A DNA stretch of 64,000 nt from a virus (lineage: Duplodnaviria > Caudoviricetes): positions 12,734-76,733 of IMG/VR virus record IMGVR_UViG_3300005713_000004, one strand, 5' to 3'. The position numbers were made by a program, and so were the translations under genes. The notes below the pieces were generated by a model, which saw only the letters and a program-made list of their open reading frames with translations, was not told the origin of the DNA and made no database searches. Below are positions 1 through 8,911 of this stretch, in pieces (position 1 is the first letter of the stretch; each line of letters starts with the position of its first letter).

Positions 1-286
1 CCGCCTCGAAGACGACCAGCGTCTCCCCGAACTCGTCGGTCACGACGGAGGAGAACTCGCCCTCCGTGCGGGCGGCGAGGTCGAGGACCACGGCGAGCAT
101 CTCGTCCCGGCCGTTGACGTCGCCCATGGCGAGCGGCCACATGTCGTCGAGGTGGACGCCGACGCCCCACCGGTCGCCGCGCTCGTCCGGCACGACCTCC
201 GGAACGGCGTAGGTGGCGAGGGACTGGTACGCCATCAGGGCAACGGCGTGGCGGGGGGCGAGGGCGGGGCGGTCGGTGTTCGTCAT
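1..286 (-). CDS. Hypothetical leaderless protein (MTNTDRPAL...), truncated by window edge
   Basis: ATG 7 nt after TAATGT; open to position 1; absent from ORF track. Confidence 0.7.
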   Translation of the reverse strand, partial: MTNTDRPALAPRHAVALMAYQSLATYAVPEVVPDERGDRWGVGVHLDDMWPLAMGDVNGRDEMLAVVLDLAARTEGEFSSVVTDEFGETLVVFEA

Positions 287-293
287 GAGGTAG

Positions 294-321
294 ACATTAC
301 ACGACCCCCCGGGGATGTCAA
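294..321 (-). promoter_or_regulatory. Cassette promoter
   Basis: TTGACA-16-TAATGT. Confidence 0.8.
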
Positions 322-345
322 CACCCGGGGGGTCGGTGGTCTCGA

Positions 346-597
346 TCAGACGAGCGCCGAGACGAGGTCCCGCGCCATCGCGGGGGCCGCCTCGCGCGGG
401 ATCGCCGCGACGTCGCCGGTCCACAGGATGTGCCGCCCGTCGCGGCGGCTACTGCGGCTCCACACGGTCCGGCGCAGGACGAGCGTCGCCGGGTCGTCGG
501 CGACCCAGTCCATCTCGACGAGCACGTCCGGCGTGGAGACGAGCGTCGTCGCGTGGCGCTCGTCCCACCGGGGGTAGTCGGCGGCGGTGTCGGTCAT
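346..597 (-). CDS. Hypothetical protein (MTDTAADYPRW...)
   Basis: Follows upstream ORF by 4 nt, GC3-rich. Confidence 0.65.
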   Translation of the reverse strand: MTDTAADYPRWDERHATTLVSTPDVLVEMDWVADDPATLVLRRTVWSRSSRRDGRHILWTGDVAAIPREAAPAMARDLVSALV

Positions 598-601
598 GAT
601 C

Positions 602-811
602 TCAGCCCTTCGGGTGGACGGCGTCGCGGACGTCGAGGATCTTGCCGAGCACGCCCGCCCACTCCTGCGCCTCCGGGCCGCCGTAGCGGACCATGCGCTC
701 ACGGAAGGTCTCGACGCGTGCGACGAGGTCCGCGAGGTTCTCGGCGCGCTCGCGCTCCGCCTGCTGGCCTCGCAGGGCCGCGTCCAGGGCGCGGGATCCG
801 GTGCTCGCCAT
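602..811 (-). CDS. Hypothetical protein (MASTGSRAL...)
   Basis: AGGAGG SD, downstream of promoter. Confidence 0.7.
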   Translation of the reverse strand: MASTGSRALDAALRGQQAERERAENLADLVARVETFRERMVRYGGPEAQEWAGVLGKILDVRDAVHPKG

Positions 812-848
812 CGTGGGTTCCTCCTGTGGTGGTGGGGTGTTGAGATAG

Positions 849-876
849 AGACTACACGGCCCCCGTGGGATGTCAA
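849..876 (-). promoter_or_regulatory. Cassette promoter
   Basis: TTGACA-TCCCACGGGGGCCGTG-TAGTCT. Confidence 0.8.
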
Positions 877-906
877 CCCACGGGGGCCCTGTACGTGCTC
901 CCGCTA

Positions 907-1164
907 TTACGTGCCCTTGCCCCACTTCGTCCGTGGCGCCGGAGGCGCAGGCGGCGGCGTCTTCGGGCGGGGCGGGAGTGGGGCGCTCCGGGCCTCCCGC
1001 TGCTCGTACAGCAGCCGCGCCCGCGCGTTGTCCGCCTCCGCCCGCGCCATCGACCGGCGCGCCTCCGTGAGCCGGTCAGCCACCCCCACGACCGCGCAGA
1101 CGACGAGCAGCGCGAGGAAGAACGCGGACACCGGGTTCGCGGCGGCGAAGTCGAGGACGCTCAC
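907..1164 (-). CDS. Small membrane protein
   Basis: Hydrophobic FFLALLVVCAVVGVA; GTGA/stop coupling. Confidence 0.6.
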   Translation of the reverse strand: MSVLDFAAANPVSAFFLALLVVCAVVGVADRLTEARRSMARAEADNARARLLYEQREARSAPLPPRPKTPPPAPPAPRTKWGKGT

Positions 1165-1355
1165 CGTGGCCTACCCAGCAGACCCAGCAGCCCCCACCCC
1201 GCGAGCCACCACACGACCGCCGGGGTCGGGATCCCACCGGCGAGGATCTCCCACCCGGCGACCCACAGCAGCGACAGCGCGGACACCGCGAGGATCCCCG
1301 ACGAGGTCCCCCGGTTCTGCGCCCGCTGCTCGGCGGCCGGGCCCTGCGCGATCAC
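1161..1355 (-). CDS. Small membrane protein
   Basis: Two hydrophobic segments; coupled overlaps. Confidence 0.55.
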   Translation of the reverse strand: MIAQGPAAEQRAQNRGTSSGILAVSALSLLWVAGWEILAGGIPTPAVVWWLAGWGLLGLLGRPR

Positions 1356-1552
1356 ACGCCGTCCCGGCGGTCACGGGCGAGCGAGTGGAGCAGCGCCCGG
1401 AGGTCCGACTTCGTCGCCTGCGGGTTGTCCAGCCGGAGCAGGTGGAGCCGCTCCGCTCGCGTCACCCGACCCGCCTTCCGGGTCGACGCCTGCGCCCGGC
1501 GCTCCGTCGCCGCCGCCACCTGCTCCGGGGTCACCGGTCGGCCCCGGTCCAT
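1352..1552 (-). CDS. Hypothetical protein
   Basis: GC3-rich frame; stop overlaps next GTG; start uncertain. Confidence 0.5.
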   Translation of the reverse strand: MDRGRPVTPEQVAAATERRAQASTRKAGRVTRAERLHLLRLDNPQATKSDLRALLHSLARDRRDGV

Positions 1553-2072
1553 CGGAGGGAAGGGGGACGGGGCCGCTGCTGCTGCTCGGACCCGGGCCGG
1601 GGGTCGCTGTCGGAGCAGGGTCGCGAGTCGCTGGGCTCGTCGGTGGCTGCGCGGTCCGCGCGGGTGGGTCGGTGGGGTCTGCTCCCGCTCCGGGTCGAGC
1701 GCCACCGCTTCCCGGTGTCGCTGGTCCTGCTGCTGTCGTGGGGTTGGCACTGGTGGTGTCCTCCGTGATGTAGGGCAGGAGGACCGGGACCTCTCGGACC
1801 ACGGTCTCCGGGGGTGGTGGCGGGATCGTGACGACCAGCGTGGTTGCGGGCACGTCGGGCGGGAACTGCGGGACGGTGATCGGGGCGCCTTCGCCCCGGA
1901 GCAGGGCGCGGACGTCGTCGAAGGCGGAGAGCGGGCCCGCGAGGTGGGAGAGCCATCCTCCCCCGGCGAGGGCTACCGCTGCGGCGGTGAGGTAGCAGGG
2001 CCACCGGTACGCGTCGAGGTCGAGGCGCCTCCGGGGGACCTGCTCGATCTGCTGCGTGTCCACGCCCCCCAT
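1371..2072 (-). CDS. Membrane-anchored Pro/Thr-rich protein
   Basis: SD+ATG at 2072, TM segment, Pro-rich tail; 3' part overlaps next gene. Confidence 0.45.
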   Translation of the reverse strand: MGGVDTQQIEQVPRRRLDLDAYRWPCYLTAAAVALAGGGWLSHLAGPLSAFDDVRALLRGEGAPITVPQFPPDVPATTLVVTIPPPPPETVVREVPVLLPYITEDTTSANPTTAAGPATPGSGGARPGAGADPTDPPARTAQPPTSPATRDPAPTATPGPGPSSSSGPVPLPSDGPGPTGDPGAGGGGDGAPGAGVDPEGGSGDASGAAPPAPAGQPAGDEVGPPGAAPLARP

Positions 2073-2111
2073 CCTGCTCCGATCCACGGTACCCAGGTAT
2101 TGTATCGGCAG

Positions 2112-2130
2112 GCGTTCCACTTCGGAACGC
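2112..2130. promoter_or_regulatory. Inverted repeat in divergent intergenic region, putative operator of transfer module
   Basis: GCGTTCC-ACTTC-GGAACGC between divergent starts at 2072 and 2169. Confidence 0.45.
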
Positions 2131-2168
2131 GGGAGGAGTTCGGGGCATGGACCAGACGGGGAGGCCCG

Positions 2169-2384
2169 GTGGCGGAACCGGTAGTACCGCTGCTCGCGGA
2201 ACTGCGAGCGCTGCGGGAAGCGAGGGACCGGTGGCACAGCCGGGCGCCGGAGATCGTCCGGCTGCTGCGGGAACAGGGGGTGAGCCTGCCCGCGATCCGG
2301 GAGGCGACCGGGGTCGCGCAGGCGACCGCGCATCGGCTCGCGTCCTCCACGTCGCGCAACTCACGCTCGCCGGACCCCCGGTGA
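2169..2384 (+). CDS. Small HTH DNA-binding protein (putative transfer regulator)
   Basis: GGGGAGG SD + GTG; LREQGVSLPAIREATGVAQATAHRL HTH pattern. Confidence 0.65.
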   Translation: MAEPVVPLLAELRALREARDRWHSRAPEIVRLLREQGVSLPAIREATGVAQATAHRLASSTSRNSRSPDPR

Positions 2385-2494
2385 ACGTGTGCGACGAGCG
2401 GCCGTGGCAGGCGGCGGAGGCGGACGCGGAGCAGTGCCGCGCCTGCCAGACGAAGCAGTGGGTTCGGGCCGGGCGACAGGGAGAGACCCGATGA
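2381..2494 (+). CDS. Hypothetical 37-aa protein
   Basis: GTGA and ATGA coupling at both ends. Confidence 0.4.
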   Translation: MNVCDERPWQAAEADAEQCRACQTKQWVRAGRQGETR

Positions 2495-2685
2495 TCGCGG
2501 CGGCTGCGCTCGCCGTGATCCTGCTGGGCGTCCTGCTGTTCCGGGGCGACGCCGGGCGCGTCGGGATCCTCGTCGCGTTCGCCTGCGGCTCCGTGCTGTC
2601 CGGCGCGGCGATGCTGTGGGGTCTCGGATACGACCTGCTCGGCGTGGTCGTACAGGTGGCGTCGAGCGTGGCAGGGATCGGCTGA
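2491..2685 (+). CDS. Small membrane protein (Spd-like spread protein)
   Basis: Mostly hydrophobic; coupled to traA-like gene. Confidence 0.6.
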   Translation: MIAAAALAVILLGVLLFRGDAGRVGILVAFACGSVLSGAAMLWGLGYDLLGVVVQVASSVAGIG

Positions 2686-4298
2686 TGGCCACGTCCTCGA
2701 CGAGTCGCCGCGCGGACGCGACCCCGGCGGCTCCGCCCACCCCCCCGGCTTCGCGTCCGGCGCAGGGTCGGCCGCAGCGGACCGACGCCCCCGGCGCCGA
2801 CGAGGGCGTGGACACGAAGCGGCCCGGCCTGCCGGTGTGGGTCCTCGCGGTGCCCGCCGTGCTGGCCGTGGCGATGTGGATCGGGTGGGCGTTCGGGTGG
2901 GGGTGGGGTGTCGCGTTCGCGGTGGCCGCGCTGCTCGCCCTGCTCGTGTGGCGGCTGCTGGTCGCCCGGAAGGCCCGCGACGCGAAGAGCACGAAGGACG
3001 GGAAGGGCAGCCGGTCGGCCGCCCGGAGGGAGCGCAGGTGGAACAGGCGGACGACGGACGGGTCTACCCGTTCGGGACAGCCGGGGTCGGCTCGTGGTCT
3101 TCGGGGGCTGGCACAGCGGCTGCGTGCGAGGGCTGCGGGGAACCCGTTCCGTGGCGGTACCTCCGGTGGGGGCCGGTCGAGCGGGACGGGCGGGTCGTCG
3201 TCGAGCGGCTCGAACCGGCGTGGCACCCGGCGTGCGGGCGGCGGGCCGCGTGGCAAGGGCTCCGGGCTGATGTCGCGACGGCGCGGGATGCGGTCGTCCT
3301 CGTCGGGGAAGGGCTCGCCCGGCTCGTCCCGCCGATCGTCGGGGCCGTCGGGCCCGTCCTCGAAGCGGGGGTCCCGATCGTCGTCGAGCGGTTCGGGGTG
3401 GTGGTCGCGACTGCGCGGGAAGTCGGGCGCGTCCACCTCGTCCAGGCGCGGCGGGGGCTCCGGTGGGTCCGGGTCGACCGGGTCGGGCGGGCGGCCGGGC
3501 GGTGGGTCGGGGGGCTCGTCGTCCGGGTGGACGCGGCGCGGCAGGAGTGGGCGCGCGGGGTGGGCTACACCCGGGCGTGGCGGCGGGCACTCGACGGGGA
3601 CGACGAGGTGGGTCCCGTGGTGGCGGCGCCGGGGTGGCGCGGGTGGGACGTCCTCCCCGGGGGGGAGCGGTTCCGGCCGCTCGCGCCGGGGGAGTTCGAG
3701 CGGTGGGGGTTCCGGTGGGACGGGCGGCACGCCTCCGTCATCCGGCGGGACCCGGCCGCAGGGGAAGCGGGCCCGGCTTCGGGGGCGGGGGTCCTCGACG
3801 CCTTCCGGCGGTTCGACGGGATCGGGCCCAGCGGGCACGGGGACGTGGACACGCCGTCGCAGCAGCGGCGGCGCCGACAGGGCCGCAGGCCCGGACAGGA
3901 GTAGCGACATGCCGAAGAGCAGCAGCGCGCCGCGTGGGCGGCGGGGGACCGGGGCCGGGCCGTGGGGCCCGATGGTGGACGCGGCGGCGAACGTCGCCCG
4001 CGCGTTCTCCGACCCGGTGGCCATGGAGGGCGTGAACGCGCTCGACACGGCCGGGGACGCGTGGGAGCAGATGGGCCGGTCCGTCAAGGTTGTGGGCGCC
4101 ACGATCGCCGACGAGATCGATTGGGACCCGCGCGTGGCCCGGTTCTTCGAGGTGATGGGGGACGTCCTCATCCGGGCTGCGAAGCCCGCCCGCGACGGTG
4201 CCGCCGCTGTCCGGCGCGCGGAGCACGAGCGGATCAACAACGTGGAGGAGGGCGGCTCGCGCCGTCGCCGGTGGGATATCAGCGCCCACGACAACTAG
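2685..4298 (+). CDS. TraA-like transfer protein: 2 TM, long Gly/Ser/Arg linker, helical C-terminus
   Basis: Position directly before traB; architecture recalls actinomycete plasmid/AICE transfer proteins. Confidence 0.55.
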   Translation: MATSSTSRRADATPAAPPTPPASRPAQGRPQRTDAPGADEGVDTKRPGLPVWVLAVPAVLAVAMWIGWAFGWGWGVAFAVAALLALLVWRLLVARKARDAKSTKDGKGSRSAARRERRWNRRTTDGSTRSGQPGSARGLRGLAQRLRARAAGNPFRGGTSGGGRSSGTGGSSSSGSNRRGTRRAGGGPRGKGSGLMSRRRGMRSSSSGKGSPGSSRRSSGPSGPSSKRGSRSSSSGSGWWSRLRGKSGASTSSRRGGGSGGSGSTGSGGRPGGGSGGSSSGWTRRGRSGRAGWATPGRGGGHSTGTTRWVPWWRRRGGAGGTSSPGGSGSGRSRRGSSSGGGSGGTGGTPPSSGGTRPQGKRARLRGRGSSTPSGGSTGSGPAGTGTWTRRRSSGGADRAAGPDRSSDMPKSSSAPRGRRGTGAGPWGPMVDAAANVARAFSDPVAMEGVNALDTAGDAWEQMGRSVKVVGATIADEIDWDPRVARFFEVMGDVLIRAAKPARDGAAAVRRAEHERINNVEEGGSRRRRWDISAHDN

Positions 4299-4343
4299 GC
4301 CGCAGGGCCTAGGCAGTACCAACCACCACCACAGGAGGACCAC

Positions 4344-6644
4344 GTGTCGGAGACGCCTACCCGGATCACGATCCCGCCCGCGCTGGGCTACCCGGTGTTG
4401 GGCGTCCTCGTCGTGTTCATCGCCGGGTGGCTCTACACGTTCGCCGGGGCGGAGCACTTCGCGCCGTGGTGGCTCCTGCTCGCCGTGCCGGTGCTGGGCT
4501 TCCTCGGCGCCGCGCTCGCCCGGACCTTGTGGGCGGACGTCGCGTACGGGGTCGCCCAGCAGCGGGCGGCGGTGTGGTTCGCGTGGGTCGCGGCGGCCGG
4601 GGCGGGGGCGTGGCTCACGTGGGCCGGGCTCGTCACCCCGGGCGCCGCGCTCCCGCTGCTCGTGTTGGGCGCCCTGCCGTTGTGGGGGTGGTTCGCGATC
4701 CTGTGCCTGCGGGCGCCGAAGGCCCACGCCCGGCAGGTCGAGCGCCGGGAGGAAGGGCGGCAGATCGTCCAAGAACGGTCGTGGCGGACGATCCTCGACC
4801 GGTCGGGGTCGGAGGACGTGGTGATCACGGAGGTCCGAGAGCACCGGGCCGGGATGGTCCTCACGGTCGAGCCGGACCCGGACGCGGCGAAGTTCCCGAC
4901 GTACGACGAGTTCGCGGGCCGGGCGCCGTCGATGGCGACGCAGGCGGCGATGCACTACCGGCGGACCTCGAACACGCGGCTTCCGAAGAACTGCGTCCGG
5001 ACGGAGCCGGGCCGCGACGACGCAGAGTTCCTCGTCCACATCACGATGCGGGACGTGTTCGGGGCCTCGACGTGGTACCAGCCGGACGAGGTCCCGGGGG
5101 ACATCGCGGACCCGGTGGATCTGGGCGAGTACGAGGACGCGGCACGGCTGCTGCTCCCGCTGGACGCGAACACGAAGATCGTGGGGGCGACGGGGGCGGG
5201 GAAGTCCAACCTCGTGAACAACATCATCGGGCGGATCACCGGCACCATGAACGCGCTCGTGTGGGTCGCGGCCACGGACAAGTTGGTCCCGCTCGTGTGG
5301 CCGTGGCTGCGGGCGTGGCTGTCGGGGAAGACGAGCCGCCCGATCCTCGACTACGTCGCTGGGCAGGACATCGACTCCGTGTTGCGGCTGCTGCGGGCGA
5401 CGTACCGGCTCGTCTGCGAGCGCAACGCCCGACTTGAGGACGAGTCGAAGATCCGGCCGACGGCGGACCTGCCGGTGGTGTTCGTGATCCTCGAAGAGGT
5501 GTCCCACCTCACCGACTTCCCGGACACCATCCGGACCCACGACGGGATCGACTGCACGGCTTCGGACCTGCTCAAGATGATTGCGCAGGCGGACCGGTCG
5601 GCGGGGGTCCGGCTGTTCATGCTGTCGCAGTACGGGATCAACGCGGCTCTCGGCGACCGGGCGTCGGAGTTGATCCGCAACATCACGTGCAGGATCTGCC
5701 TTCGGACCATGGAATCCCACGACGGGTTCCGGACCCTGCCGGGTCTGCCGTCGACCGTGGACACGACCTCGCTCGCAAACTTCACGATGTACGTGCAGCC
5801 GAACACCGAAGAGGCGCGGGCGTTCCCGGCGAAGGCGCCGGAACTGGACGGCGCCGAGCAGGTCGAGCCGGTCGCGATCGGGAACACCCGGTGGCGCCCG
5901 GCCGGGGTCGAGCCGGAGGTGGCCGCGCTGCTCGGCCTCGACTACGAGCGGCGGTGGGCGTCCTCGCGCCTGCCGATCCTGGCGGCCCCGGTGGCGAGGC
6001 GCGGGTGGGAGTGGCCCGGCGAGCAGGTGGCGCCGGTCCCGGTCCCGGCGGCGCCGGTCGACGAGGTGGACGAGGGGTCGCCCGTGGCGGGCGGCCCGAA
6101 CGATGGGGGGGACAGCGTGGATACGACCATGAGTCCGGAGGACGAGGACGCGTTCCGGCGGCTGCTCGGCGGCGACGAGCCGGAGCAGCGGCAGGGACCG
6201 GCTGCGGCTGCGTCGGTCGCGGTCGACCGGGACGAGGACACGAGCGGGCGCGCGGCGCCGTTCGAGGTCCCCGACTTCGGCGCGGAGATGGCGGAGATGG
6301 AGGCGCTCGCGGCGGACATCGCGGCGAACCCGTTCGTCCCGGGTCGCGATCAGGACGCGACCCGGGAGGCTGGTCCGGGTCGCCCGGTCCCCGACCCGCT
6401 CGACCGGGTCGTCCGGTGGCTGGACTCCGTCCCGGTCGACGAGGACGCGTGGGTCCGGACGGAGGAACTCGTGTTCCGGATCGGGTGGGACCGGGACGCG
6501 GCGGCTCTCGGTCGGGCGCTCGCGAAGTTCCCGGGCGTCCGGTCGGACAACCTGCCCCGGCAGTTCGACCCGCAGCAGCGGAAGGGCTACCCGGTCCGGA
6601 TGCTTCGGGAGGCGGCGACCCGGTACCGGTTCGGGTCGCCGTAG
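4344..6644 (+). CDS. traB: TraB-type FtsK/SpoIIIE conjugative DNA translocase
   Basis: N-terminal TM helices, Walker A GATGAGKS, Walker B VFVILEE, C-terminal wHTH-like RTEELVFRIGW...LGRAL...RKGY; AGGAGG SD. Confidence 0.85.
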   Translation: MSETPTRITIPPALGYPVLGVLVVFIAGWLYTFAGAEHFAPWWLLLAVPVLGFLGAALARTLWADVAYGVAQQRAAVWFAWVAAAGAGAWLTWAGLVTPGAALPLLVLGALPLWGWFAILCLRAPKAHARQVERREEGRQIVQERSWRTILDRSGSEDVVITEVREHRAGMVLTVEPDPDAAKFPTYDEFAGRAPSMATQAAMHYRRTSNTRLPKNCVRTEPGRDDAEFLVHITMRDVFGASTWYQPDEVPGDIADPVDLGEYEDAARLLLPLDANTKIVGATGAGKSNLVNNIIGRITGTMNALVWVAATDKLVPLVWPWLRAWLSGKTSRPILDYVAGQDIDSVLRLLRATYRLVCERNARLEDESKIRPTADLPVVFVILEEVSHLTDFPDTIRTHDGIDCTASDLLKMIAQADRSAGVRLFMLSQYGINAALGDRASELIRNITCRICLRTMESHDGFRTLPGLPSTVDTTSLANFTMYVQPNTEEARAFPAKAPELDGAEQVEPVAIGNTRWRPAGVEPEVAALLGLDYERRWASSRLPILAAPVARRGWEWPGEQVAPVPVPAAPVDEVDEGSPVAGGPNDGGDSVDTTMSPEDEDAFRRLLGGDEPEQRQGPAAAASVAVDRDEDTSGRAAPFEVPDFGAEMAEMEALAADIAANPFVPGRDQDATREAGPGRPVPDPLDRVVRWLDSVPVDEDAWVRTEELVFRIGWDRDAAALGRALAKFPGVRSDNLPRQFDPQQRKGYPVRMLREAATRYRFGSP

Positions 6645-6761
6645 GCTGTCCGGGTCGTCCCGTCCTGCTACGCGACCCGCTACGTGGGTCGGGGCGACCC
6701 GGACAGCCACCGGCGCGCGGCGAGCCGGAGCGGGTCGCCGGACCGGGGTGGACGACCCGGG
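6644..6761. repeat. clt-like locus with GACCCG(G/C)N repeats
   Basis: 14-bp inverted repeat GGCTGTCCGGGTCG / CGACCCGGACAGCC (6644-6657, 6695-6708), each with GACCCGGA, plus further GACCCG copies. Confidence 0.55.
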
Positions 6762-6777
6762 AGAACCTGCTCCACGC

Positions 6778-6811
6778 GAGAGGCCCGGCCCCGACGGGGG
6801 CCGGGCCTCTC
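6778..6811. terminator. Bidirectional hairpin terminator
   Basis: GAGAGGCCCGGCCCC...GGGGCCGGGCCTCTC between convergent genes. Confidence 0.75.
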
Positions 6812-6823
6812 TGCTGTCCCGGG

Positions 6824-7165
6824 TTAGCGACCCGCGAGCCAATCGTTGAACCGGTCGCGAGCCTCTTCCTCGGACCCGGCGTAGTAGCCGCCGCCGGGGC
6901 CTTCCTCGAAGTAGCGTTCCGCCGCGCGCTCCGCCGCGATCTCCGCCCGGTGCTCGGCCTCCCATTCCTGCTGAATCGCCCAGCAGTGTCGGACGTGGGC
7001 AACGGTGGCGTGGCGGACGATCGCGTCCGGCCCGGTGACGCCGTAGCCCCGTTCGGTGTCGGAGCAGGATCCGCAGCGGACGCCGTCCGCTGTGCGCTCC
7101 GGGAGGCGGTAGTACTCGATCTCGTCGATCGGGCGGGCGGTGGCGGCCGTGGTGAGGGTCGACAT
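6824..7165 (-). CDS. Hypothetical protein (CxxC...HxxxC)
   Basis: GGAGG SD, own promoter. Confidence 0.7.
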   Translation of the reverse strand: MSTLTTAATARPIDEIEYYRLPERTADGVRCGSCSDTERGYGVTGPDAIVRHATVAHVRHCWAIQQEWEAEHRAEIAAERAAERYFEEGPGGGYYAGSEEEARDRFNDWLAGR

Positions 7166-7186
7166 CGTGTCCTCCGGTGAGGGTCT

Positions 7187-7257
7187 CTGTTGAGTTTTCA
7201 ACCGGACCCGGTGGGCCCGACACGAGAGACATTACACGGCGACCCACGACCACGCAA
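7187..7257 (-). promoter_or_regulatory. Cassette promoter with hairpin and boxA-like leader motif
   Basis: TTGCGT-17-TAATGT (7257-7229); TTGAAAACTCAACAG (7201-7187). Confidence 0.75.
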
Positions 7258-7418
7258 GCCCCCTGCGCGACCCGTTGCAGATCGAGACCCCACCGTGACC
7301 CGCAACGGTTGCGCAACCGTTGCGCCCAGCCGTGGACACGGCCAAAGCCCCCTCCCCACCTGCGAAAACACCGCGAGGGGGGAGAGGGCTCCGCGTGCAA
7401 CGGTTACAGCCGCAACGG

Positions 7419-7988
7419 TTACAGGACCAGCAATGCGACCCCCACCCACGACATCACCGACACCGGGAAGTACAGCCACGCGAGGCGGCTCGCTTCGACC
7501 TCGGACCCCGTCGAGAACACCCGCCCGATCCGCAGCCGCCCATCCCGAACCGCCGTGTAGTACCCCCGGTCGCGGCCGGGCCACGGGATCCCCGACATCG
7601 TCCGAGCGTCCCCCCACAGGTGGACGCAGCAGCCCACGAACACGCAGGCCCACCACCACACCGCCATGACCGGGCCGCCCAGCGGCGCCGGGACCAGCAG
7701 CGCCAGCAGCGCCACCGGGAGCCCGAACACCGCCGCTGCGGACCTCGTGTGCGTCCACCCCCTGTGCTCCACGAACAGGCACAGCAGCCACGACACGAGC
7801 CGCGTCGCCGGTCCGAGCGAGTGGGTCACCGTCGAGCCCGGGTGGTCGAGGTCCGGCAGGAGAGCGGAGTACCCGACGAGGATCCCGCCGAGCACGGCCG
7901 CCGGGAGCGGGACGCCCAGCCCGTGACCCGCCCCGGCGACCCACGACCCGGCGGCGAGCCCGGTCGTGAGGTGGCTCCGGGCCATCAT
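7419..7988 (-). CDS. Membrane metal-dependent hydrolase (YdjM/DUF457-like)
   Basis: MMARSH...ALLPDLDHPGS...HRGWTH...HLWGD motifs. Confidence 0.85.
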   Translation of the reverse strand: MMARSHLTTGLAAGSWVAGAGHGLGVPLPAAVLGGILVGYSALLPDLDHPGSTVTHSLGPATRLVSWLLCLFVEHRGWTHTRSAAAVFGLPVALLALLVPAPLGGPVMAVWWWACVFVGCCVHLWGDARTMSGIPWPGRDRGYYTAVRDGRLRIGRVFSTGSEVEASRLAWLYFPVSVMSWVGVALLVL

Positions 7989-8911
7989 GACGCGGACTCC
8001 GCGTCCTGCTCGACCGGAGCCGGGACGGGTCGCACAGCGGGTCGCGCGTCCCGGGCCTGCGCGAGCAGCCGGGTTGCCTTCGACCCGCCGCAACCCGCGT
8101 GCTCCCGGACCGCCTTCGCGGTCGGCGGGCGGCCGACCCGGTCCCACTCCGACCCGATCCACGCGACCGTCGCCGGGTCGTCCGGGTCGCCGACCCGGGT
8201 TGACCCGGCGGGTCGTGCCGGGTTGCGGGTCGCCGGGACCCGGGTCGGGGCCTTCCGGTCGGGACGGGTCGCCGGGTCGGCGACGGCCGGGACGGGTCGC
8301 GAGACGACCTGCTCGACCCGGGTCGTCGGGCGGGCGGCGAGCGCGGCGCCTACGGCGTCCCGGATCGCGTCCCGCTGCTCGACCCGGATCGCGTCCCGGA
8401 TGCGCTCCGGGTCGGCGGAGACCGGGATGCCGACGAGGTGGGTCACGGGCCACGTCGTGTCCACGTCCGCGCGCATCCGGGCGACGTAGTCGCGGACGCG
8501 GCCCAGCATGACGGCGACGAGTTCGAGGGTGACCGCGAACGAGATCGGGGCCCACACGGCGGCGGCGAGGCGGCCGACGCCCTCGCCGACGGACGGGGCG
8601 CCGAACGCGTCGGCGCTCGCGAGGTTCGCGGCGATGGTGCCGATGAACCCGACCCCGAACGCGAGCCACGGGACGAAGCCGATCGGCTGCTGCGCCCAGC
8701 GGCGGGAGTACATCACCACGAGCGCGGCGATCAACATCCCGTCGGTGGTGAGCGGGAGCCACGCGGCGCGGGACTCCGCCTCGCCGTAGGTCCGGAACAC
8801 CTCGTACGCGTGGTGGTAGGAAGCGACGGCGGCGGGCCCGCCGACGGACGCGAGGATCGCGGCGATACCGAGCAGCATCGCGGCGACCGCGAGAGCGGTT
8901 CGGGTGGTCAC
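7985..8911 (-). CDS. DUF2637/SpdA-like membrane protein with C-terminal HTH
   Basis: SYHH...WLPLTTDGMLIA...GTIAAN...AVWAPISF pattern; typical of actinomycete conjugative elements. Confidence 0.75.
   Translation of the reverse strand: MTTRTALAVAAMLLGIAAILASVGGPAAVASYHHAYEVFRTYGEAESRAAWLPLTTDGMLIAALVVMYSRRWAQQPIGFVPWLAFGVGFIGTIAANLASADAFGAPSVGEGVGRLAAAVWAPISFAVTLELVAVMLGRVRDYVARMRADVDTTWPVTHLVGIPVSADPERIRDAIRVEQRDAIRDAVGAALAARPTTRVEQVVSRPVPAVADPATRPDRKAPTRVPATRNPARPAGSTRVGDPDDPATVAWIGSEWDRVGRPPTAKAVREHAGCGGSKATRLLAQARDARPAVRPVPAPVEQDAESAS

Noticed and set aside
1973-4294. 773-aa minus-strand ORF
   Set aside because: Shadow of the traA-like gene
3738-7400. 1220-aa minus-strand ORF
   Set aside because: Antisense shadow of traB; Arg/Pro-rich, no motifs; typical of high-GC DNA
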